The notes under the pieces: model-generated
Told to the model about the DNA's origin: nothing
Seen by the model: only the letters and a program-made list of their open reading frames with translations
Databases searched by the model: none
Program-made: the position numbers and the translations under genes
Part shown: piece by piece, positions 58,577 to 64,000 of the stretch
Layout: each line of letters opens with the position of its first letter
Position numbering within the stretch: the stretch's first letter is position 1
Origin: an uncultured virus (IMG/VR IMGVR_UViG_3300030406_000618)
Taxonomy: Duplodnaviria; Heunggongvirae; Uroviricota; Caudoviricetes
Strand: one strand, 5' to 3'
IMG/VR virus record: IMGVR_UViG_3300030406_000618
Length of the DNA: 64,000 nt

Positions 58577-59072
58577 ACCAAGACACCTAGATACGGATGA
58601 AGCTAACATCCAAGCCATTACTATGGTAGCTAACCAAGATTGGTATCAGATACTAGGACATCTTGTTGATGAAACATCTGATGTAGATGTCAATTACTCA
58701 CAGTTATTATTGTGGCAGATATACAATTCATCCAAACGATCTGTGTTTTCATTCAGCTTCAATGCACAGTATTACAAAGATAAACAGATGAATAGTTATC
58801 AGGTTGATAGGGAGTCCACATCAGGACAAGAGATAGCTGAAACCAATGCAAACTACATGGTTTTACAAGGTAAAACATGGAACGCATTGGCTGAGAAATA
58901 CAAAGCTATCAATGAAGCTAGTATCAAACTATATGAAATGTTGTACCAACAACATCCAAAAGATAGGAAGATCACCAAAGTAAGTAAAGGTGAAATGAGA
59001 ACACTAGCTGACATGACACCAGAGGAAGTCAAAAGAATTACTGAGGTGAATAATCAGATGTTCGGATACTAA
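58560..59072 (+). CDS. Hypothetical protein
   Basis: 170 aa, GGAGGT RBS. Confidence 0.7.
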   Translation: MSYTNKPRHLDTDEANIQAITMVANQDWYQILGHLVDETSDVDVNYSQLLLWQIYNSSKRSVFSFSFNAQYYKDKQMNSYQVDRESTSGQEIAETNANYMVLQGKTWNALAEKYKAINEASIKLYEMLYQQHPKDRKITKVSKGEMRTLADMTPEEVKRITEVNNQMFGY

Positions 59073-59089
59073 TCTGAAATAATATTTCA

Positions 59090-59129
59090 GCTAGTGGGGT
59101 TTATACCCCATTAGCAAAAATTTTTTTTT
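59090..59129 (+). terminator. Hairpin / probable terminator
   Basis: GCTAGTGGGGT-ttat-ACCCCATTAGC followed by A5 and T9. Confidence 0.6.
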
Positions 59130-59149
59130 CAGCGAGGACCAGGGGTATG

Positions 59150-59178
59150 TTGAATATACCGAGCACTCGTGTTACAAT
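59150..59178 (+). promoter_or_regulatory. sigma70-type promoter
   Basis: TTGAAT-17 nt-TACAAT with TGn extension. Confidence 0.6.
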
Positions 59179-59195
59179 AAAAAGAAGGAGATAAG

Positions 59196-59504
59196 ATGAT
59201 CAAATCAAAAGTAGCATTTGATGCAGCAGAACGTGCAGCATCATGGGGGGTAAAAAAAATAACAGGTGGTAAATTTTCTGCCTATGCTGAGTATATCGGA
59301 ACATTCTTTCTGATCTACTGTGGCTTAGGTGGTGGCTTTATTGCTATGTGTTTATTCCTTGGTATCAATCCAACATTAGTTGTGTCAGTAGTAGCTGCAC
59401 CAATATGGATTGGTATTGTATTTCTAACTAACAATCTAACTAAGATAGCAGTACATCTAAAGGATGTTGATAGTAATCCAACATCTAAAAGAAAGAAGAA
59501 GTAA
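59196..59504 (+). CDS. Two-TM membrane protein
   Basis: Two hydrophobic helices; AAGGAG RBS. Confidence 0.65.
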   Translation: MIKSKVAFDAAERAASWGVKKITGGKFSAYAEYIGTFFLIYCGLGGGFIAMCLFLGINPTLVVSVVAAPIWIGIVFLTNNLTKIAVHLKDVDSNPTSKRKKK

Positions 59505-59794
59505 TGTCCTTGTTAAGGAAAATACAAGACAGTGATATACCACCATCAGATTATGAAGGTGATACTCTAGATGATGTAGCACTAGATTATCTGATGAAGG
59601 TATATGATGAGAATAAATTTGTAGGATTTGATACATGGGAAGAACTAAAAGAAAACTGCTATATATCAATGTTGCAAGGAGGATATCCATTTAGACTAAA
59701 AGATGAAATCTATGAAGTTGTTGATGATGCAATCAGAGATGACTATCCAGATCCAGGCTATGAGGATATACCGAAGGAGGAAGATGATGACTAA
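59504..59794 (+). CDS. Acidic hypothetical protein
   Basis: 96 aa, TAATG-coupled, Asp/Glu-rich. Confidence 0.65.
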   Translation: MSLLRKIQDSDIPPSDYEGDTLDDVALDYLMKVYDENKFVGFDTWEELKENCYISMLQGGYPFRLKDEIYEVVDDAIRDDYPDPGYEDIPKEEDDD

Positions 59795-60002
59795 TCTGTT
59801 AGATAGGAATGTCATAGAAAATATACTGACTGATCTTGGTAAATGTCAGGAGGAGTCAGGTGTTATCATGACTGATGCTAAGTATGTGTTTGAAGCATCA
59901 CAAAATTTAGAGGATCGTATCAAAGATATAAGTGATCGTTTAAATAAACTAATTGAAACTTGGGAGGAACGAGATGACTACAAGAAAGCAAATGCACGTT
60001 GA
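59787..60002 (+). CDS. Hypothetical protein
   Basis: ATG after AAGGAGG. Confidence 0.6.
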   Translation: MTNLLDRNVIENILTDLGKCQEESGVIMTDAKYVFEASQNLEDRIKDISDRLNKLIETWEERDDYKKANAR

Positions 60003-60153
60003 ATTAAGTGTATCAGTACCTTGCTTCAGATGTAATGGACTAGGTGTGATACCATGGGGTGATGCTCCTGATGAATGTGATCAATGTGAAGAATGTGAAG
60101 GACATGGTGAATGGCTGGAAAAAGTAGACATGAAGGAGGAAAATAATGAGTGA
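59974..60153 (+). CDS. DnaJ-type zinc-finger micro-protein
   Basis: CFRCNGLG and CEECEGHG; GGAGG RBS. Confidence 0.65.
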   Translation: MTTRKQMHVELSVSVPCFRCNGLGVIPWGDAPDECDQCEECEGHGEWLEKVDMKEENNE

Positions 60154-60400
60154 TTCTATGAAAGTATTACAACTTAGATGGATTGAATCAGTACAAAAGA
60201 TGTATGATGCTCTTGATAAAGATGTAGTAAAGTATGGTAAATATAAATTTGATGAGGTTGTATTAGTACATAACGAAATGATAACACAACTCTGTTCTAC
60301 TATAGATAATATAGAAGAAGAATTAATTAAGACAACTCATACGATTAAGTATTTGAATGAAGCAGCAGTAAAACTAAAGGAGGCTATCAAAAATGGGTAG
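60146..60400 (+). CDS. Hypothetical protein
   Basis: AAGGAGG RBS, overlapping neighbours. Confidence 0.6.
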   Translation: MSDSMKVLQLRWIESVQKMYDALDKDVVKYGKYKFDEVVLVHNEMITQLCSTIDNIEEELIKTTHTIKYLNEAAVKLKEAIKNG

Positions 60401-60803
60401 ATATTACGAAGGCGATATAGAAGGTAAGTTCTGGTTTGGTGTACAATCTAGTGATGATGCAGATTTTTTTGGACAACAAGGATTTCAACCAGAGTGGCTT
60501 GAATATTTCTTTGATGAAAAAGACTTGGAAAAAATACAGAAAGGTGTAGATACTTGTCTAACAAAACTTGGTGATAAGAAAAAATTATTAGATGATTTCT
60601 TTGAAAGAGTAGAAGGTTATACAAGAGAAGAAGTATGTAAGGTATTAGATGTACCAGTACCAAAAGTAGGTATGTCAATACAAGATCATAACAAAAGTAA
60701 ATACCATTATTATTTAGAATGGTATGCACGATATGAACTAGGTAAGAAGATACTAGATCGTGTTAAATCAAATGGTTTCTGTTCGTTTAGAGCAGAAATA
60801 TAA
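60393..60803 (+). CDS. Hypothetical phage protein
   Basis: MGRYYEGDIEGKFWFGVQSSDDA; AAGGAGG RBS. Confidence 0.7.
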   Translation: MGRYYEGDIEGKFWFGVQSSDDADFFGQQGFQPEWLEYFFDEKDLEKIQKGVDTCLTKLGDKKKLLDDFFERVEGYTREEVCKVLDVPVPKVGMSIQDHNKSKYHYYLEWYARYELGKKILDRVKSNGFCSFRAEI

Positions 60804-60808
60804 GTTTA

Positions 60809-61183
60809 ACTGGGTGCATTGGTCTTTGTAGCAGTGAGTGAAAGAAAGCTGATAGGCTTGGTAAGACAAGTTAGCGTAAAGAGGGTGAGACCTACCTCTG
60901 CCCAGTAAAAAGTTTCCGTATGGAACTGTGTAGGAAAGACATAAGGTAGTAAGCGTAAAGCTAAAGCTGGTGGCTACACGCCTACACAGAAAGTTTCGTG
61001 ATACTGAGTAGCTCTCGGTATCGGCTGACTGAACAACTCTTTAACAGAGGGGTAAGGTACACTTGAGATGAAGTATGGGCAAATGCCTGAGGTACTCGAA
61101 GGTGGTTGTAAGTAGGCAAATGATGAATGTATATCTGTAGCTGAAAGCATGAGGGTAATAACACTAATCCCTCGCCCTTGGCG
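60809..61183 (+). ncRNA. Candidate structured non-coding RNA(s)
   Basis: About 400-nt gap without a long plus-strand ORF, packed with nested stems (detailed in findings). Confidence 0.5.
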
Positions 61184-61203
61184 AATGTAACAAAGGAGGA
61201 AAT

Positions 61204-62007
61204 ATGTTACCACAAGAACTAATGTTTCAGGTACGTGAAGAACCTGTATATAACCAACATGGCTCAAGGCTAGATGGCTACAAGCAGTTGGTTAAAGACG
61301 AGAACAACGAACTGATTGCAGTTCACAAGAACACATACCGAGTCATATCACATGACACAGTATATGATAAAGCTAAAGATTTTCTAACAGATAACTTTAA
61401 CACCAATGGTATGACTGAGGAACACAAATGGTCTAACCATGGTGCTGTAATGGCTACTAGATTCTCTTTACCAGAGTATCAGATACCATTCAAAGATACT
61501 TCTATTGGTCTAGAAGCTGTAGTATGGAACAGCTACAATGGTATGCGTTCATTTAGATTTGATCTAGGTTTCTACCTGTGGTTATGTCTTAATGGACTCA
61601 AGAATTCGGTATGGGATATCAGTTTGAATACTGCACACAAAGGTAGTGGTGAGATTAAACTAGCATTACCTGGTGGTTATGCAGCTCTTGATGGACTACA
61701 AACTGTATATAACTACATGACTAACTGGTTAGAAACACCAGTACAAGACTATGAATTATATAGTGAAATAGATAGATTGTGCTATCAGCCAACACGTACT
61801 GACAAGAGTCATGTCAATCAACAACATAGAAATTATATTGTAGATCAGTATGAAAACAATTATGCAAAGACATATGGACCTAATAAATTCAGTGCATATC
61901 AAGCAATTACACACTGGAGTACACATTATCCTAGCGATTCCGTAAATACTCGTTATGATAGAGAAAGGAAAGTGTCTAACATGGCTTGGTTTAGCCAAGC
62001 AGCGTAG
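61204..62007 (+). CDS. DUF932/DUF945-like protein
   Basis: VH...Y..I.H, NSYNG, CLNG, H and N.FSAYQAITHWSTH pattern. Confidence 0.75.
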   Translation: MLPQELMFQVREEPVYNQHGSRLDGYKQLVKDENNELIAVHKNTYRVISHDTVYDKAKDFLTDNFNTNGMTEEHKWSNHGAVMATRFSLPEYQIPFKDTSIGLEAVVWNSYNGMRSFRFDLGFYLWLCLNGLKNSVWDISLNTAHKGSGEIKLALPGGYAALDGLQTVYNYMTNWLETPVQDYELYSEIDRLCYQPTRTDKSHVNQQHRNYIVDQYENNYAKTYGPNKFSAYQAITHWSTHYPSDSVNTRYDRERKVSNMAWFSQAA

Positions 62008-62013
62008 AGATTA

Positions 62014-62058
62014 GATGGGAGTGCACTTCTTCATCTTATTCCTCCTCGTACTCCCATC
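62014..62058 (+). other. 11-bp hairpin with anti-Shine-Dalgarno loop
   Basis: GATGGGAGTGC / GTACTCCCATC; loop ACTTCTTCATCTTATTCCTCCTC. Confidence 0.6.
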
Positions 62059-62103
62059 CTTCAATCAATGAATCATGTAACTAAATTAACAAAGGAGAGC
62101 TTT

Positions 62104-62232
62104 GTGATAGAAAAATGTAAATCATGTAATAGAAAGTATACAAGGGCTATGCTTATAGATTTTCAACAAGCTAGATTTTGTATAAAATGTTTTAATAGGA
62201 GAGGATATGAAAACAAAAACAAGAATAGTTAA
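62104..62232 (+). CDS. Zinc-finger micro-protein, 42 aa
   Basis: GTG after AAGGAG; CKSC...CIKC. Confidence 0.55.
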   Translation: MIEKCKSCNRKYTRAMLIDFQQARFCIKCFNRRGYENKNKNS

Positions 62233-62491
62233 GAAACTATGGAAGGGTATGTATATTTCACTTAGAGATTACGAAATCCAACAAGCTATTGATAAGAACT
62301 ACACTATCCAGGCAGTTCATAAAGGTGAAGTAATGATGCTTACACCATCAAGATTAAAAGATATTGATTTATCTATAGGAACTCCACAGAAATCAGTGTA
62401 TAGTGGTAAGTCTTATAGACTAATAGATGTGAGGTGGAATCCATATGACAGATCAGATAAATCCGAGTCATTACAAGCAAGGAACAATTGA
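62207..62491 (+). CDS. Hypothetical protein
   Basis: 94 aa, AGGAG RBS. Confidence 0.65.
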   Translation: MKTKTRIVKKLWKGMYISLRDYEIQQAIDKNYTIQAVHKGEVMMLTPSRLKDIDLSIGTPQKSVYSGKSYRLIDVRWNPYDRSDKSESLQARNN

Positions 62492-62645
62492 AACATATGA
62501 TTTTATAATGGACAAAGAACTATCGTATCCTCTGGGTAATGTTGTGAAATATATTATAAGGCACAAACATAAAGGAGGAGTTGTAGATCTACAAAAAGCT
62601 ATGTGGTATCTACAACGAGCAATAGATGACTACGATAGACGTTAA
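62445..62645 (+). CDS. DUF3310 / T7 gp1.7-like protein
   Basis: INPSHY...GNVVKY..R...K....DLQKAMWYL. Confidence 0.85.
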   Translation: MTDQINPSHYKQGTIETYDFIMDKELSYPLGNVVKYIIRHKHKGGVVDLQKAMWYLQRAIDDYDRR

Positions 62646-62967
62646 ACTTTTAGTAAGAAAATTTGCAAGTGATAGTAAGCTACGTAATAGACCGAAGAAA
62701 AATTATAATATGTCCGATCCAATGCAACGTAAGCAGTGGTGGATTGATAAGGTTTGTTACTTTTGTTATCTCAAGCATGATAAAGAAACTGCCCAGGCAT
62801 TACATATTGAGCTTACTAAACCGTATGTACATCCAACAGCCAAAGCTATGGCAAAAGAACTTTGGTCTGATAAGAAAAGATTTGACGAAATAATAACGAG
62901 GAGGACAAATGAATATACACAAGCAAAAGAAAGTTATAGACAGAAGTCAAGGAATCGGAGGAAGTGA
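62626..62967 (+). CDS. Hypothetical protein
   Basis: 113 aa overlapping neighbours. Confidence 0.55.
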   Translation: MTTIDVKLLVRKFASDSKLRNRPKKNYNMSDPMQRKQWWIDKVCYFCYLKHDKETAQALHIELTKPYVHPTAKAMAKELWSDKKRFDEIITRRTNEYTQAKESYRQKSRNRRK

Positions 62968-63520
62968 TGCTACTAAGATAGTAGCTGGTGATTGGAAAGA
63001 TCTATACCTAGAAAAGAAAGGTCTAAAAGAAAATGAAGATCTATCTTTTGTACTACCAGTACAGCTAGGTATATATACCGAAGATTTCAATAGAGATTGG
63101 TTTGCTGCACAAACAGATATGCCAGTTAAAGAATGTGATTGGACACTCTTACACAATCCAGTAGATAAGAATGGAAGTAAGTGGATGATGGCTAATCTGG
63201 ATGGTTTTGTATTAAACCAAGATCTTAAAACAATAGGTGTCTTTGAAGCAAAGCACGTACACGCATTTACTAAAGATGATTCTATACTAGAAAAATACTA
63301 TGCACAGATACAGCACTATATGATTGTATCTAATTTACCACAAGCATGGTTATCTATTATCTTTGGTAATAATAAATGGAAGTCATTTCATGTACAAGCT
63401 GACAAGAAGTTTCAAAAGAAACTAATCAAAGCAGAGGAAATGTTTTGGCAACATATTATTAATGATGAAGAACCTGCTGATTATGTAGAGTTCAGTTCGA
63501 TAGGAGGAACTAATGACTAA
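62909..63520 (+). CDS. YqaJ-like viral recombination exonuclease
   Basis: R..GIGGSD, ANLDG, EAK and YYAQIQHYM motifs. Confidence 0.9.
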   Translation: MNIHKQKKVIDRSQGIGGSDATKIVAGDWKDLYLEKKGLKENEDLSFVLPVQLGIYTEDFNRDWFAAQTDMPVKECDWTLLHNPVDKNGSKWMMANLDGFVLNQDLKTIGVFEAKHVHAFTKDDSILEKYYAQIQHYMIVSNLPQAWLSIIFGNNKWKSFHVQADKKFQKKLIKAEEMFWQHIINDEEPADYVEFSSIGGTND

Positions 63521-63971
63521 CAAAAGATATTGGGATCAACTAAAAACTACTGATCCTAGATTTACTAAGAAGATTAACAAAGGCTTTGGTGAACTAACTA
63601 CCATTGATCCAATGTACCAGATTATGAAGATGACTGAAGTATTCGGTCCATGTGGTATTGGATGGGGATGGGATTGTAAATACACGTACACAGATAGTAT
63701 GGTATTTGCAGAGGTAACTATTTGGTTAGATTGTAAATCACAAAACTACGGACCTGTATCTTCTGTTCAATCATTACACAAAAGTAATGGTAAACTAGAT
63801 GATGAATGTACTAAGAAAGCTATGACTGATGCACTCACTAAAGCATTATCTCATGTTGGTGTAAGTGCAGATGTATTCTTAGGTATGCATGACAACAGTA
63901 AGTATGTTGAAAAAGTCAAAGCAGATATAAAATCTAATGTAGATAAATCGAAAGTTAAGGAGGTTATATGA
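63513..63971 (+). CDS. Rad52/Sak-like ssDNA-annealing protein
   Basis: TEVFGPCGIGWG...KKAMTDALTKALS..GV.AD; follows YqaJ. Confidence 0.75.
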   Translation: MTNKRYWDQLKTTDPRFTKKINKGFGELTTIDPMYQIMKMTEVFGPCGIGWGWDCKYTYTDSMVFAEVTIWLDCKSQNYGPVSSVQSLHKSNGKLDDECTKKAMTDALTKALSHVGVSADVFLGMHDNSKYVEKVKADIKSNVDKSKVKEVI

Positions 63972-64000
63972 AGTGTATAAGAGCTGGACATTATCAAACA

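Larger units (their letters stand above)
37241..64000. mobile_element. Phage B: partial podovirus with BPP-1/HTVC010P-like structural module and divergent early region
   Basis: Second set of terminase, portal, capsid and tail-tube genes; different palindrome usage; left boundary approximate. Confidence 0.85.

Noticed and set aside
60804..61203. tRNA, tmRNA, RNase P or hammerhead identity for the structured region
   Set aside because: No T-loop GTTCRA with CCA end, no complete RNase P consensus and no CTGANGA core seen

Overview
The window holds two unrelated, AT-rich podovirus genomes joined inside a shared tail-fibre segment, and I see no host genes. Phage A (1-36,646, all genes on the minus strand) closes in frame into an apparently complete circle. 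It is a T7-like (Autographiviridae-type) genome with a tyrosine integrase, resembling marine HTVC019P-type pelagiphages. Gene order: ArdC-like protein, integrase, RNA polymerase split into two ORFs, SSB, endonuclease I, amidase, primase/helicase, PolA, exonuclease, portal, scaffold, holin, capsid, tail tubes, internal virion proteins, tail fibres, three exported proteins and terminases. It has five SP6-like phage promoters. Phage B (about 37,240-64,000, incomplete) has a minus-strand BPP-1/HTVC010P-like head-tail module and a divergent plus-strand early region with DUF932-like, DUF3310-like, YqaJ exonuclease and Rad52/Sak-like genes. Window bases 1-77 are exactly identical to 36,647-36,723, so the join is most likely a k=77 assembly lasso rather than a real cointegrate. 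The two halves avoid different palindromes: A nearly lacks GATC and CCWGG, and B lacks GGCC. Best leads: the split T7-type RNAP with its own RBS; coupled arrays of very basic micro-proteins in both phages; two large multi-stem non-coding elements in phage B; hairpins presenting anti-Shine-Dalgarno loops; and a shared RNA motif before both capsid genes. All family calls come from motif recognition by eye, and site counts are manual scans.
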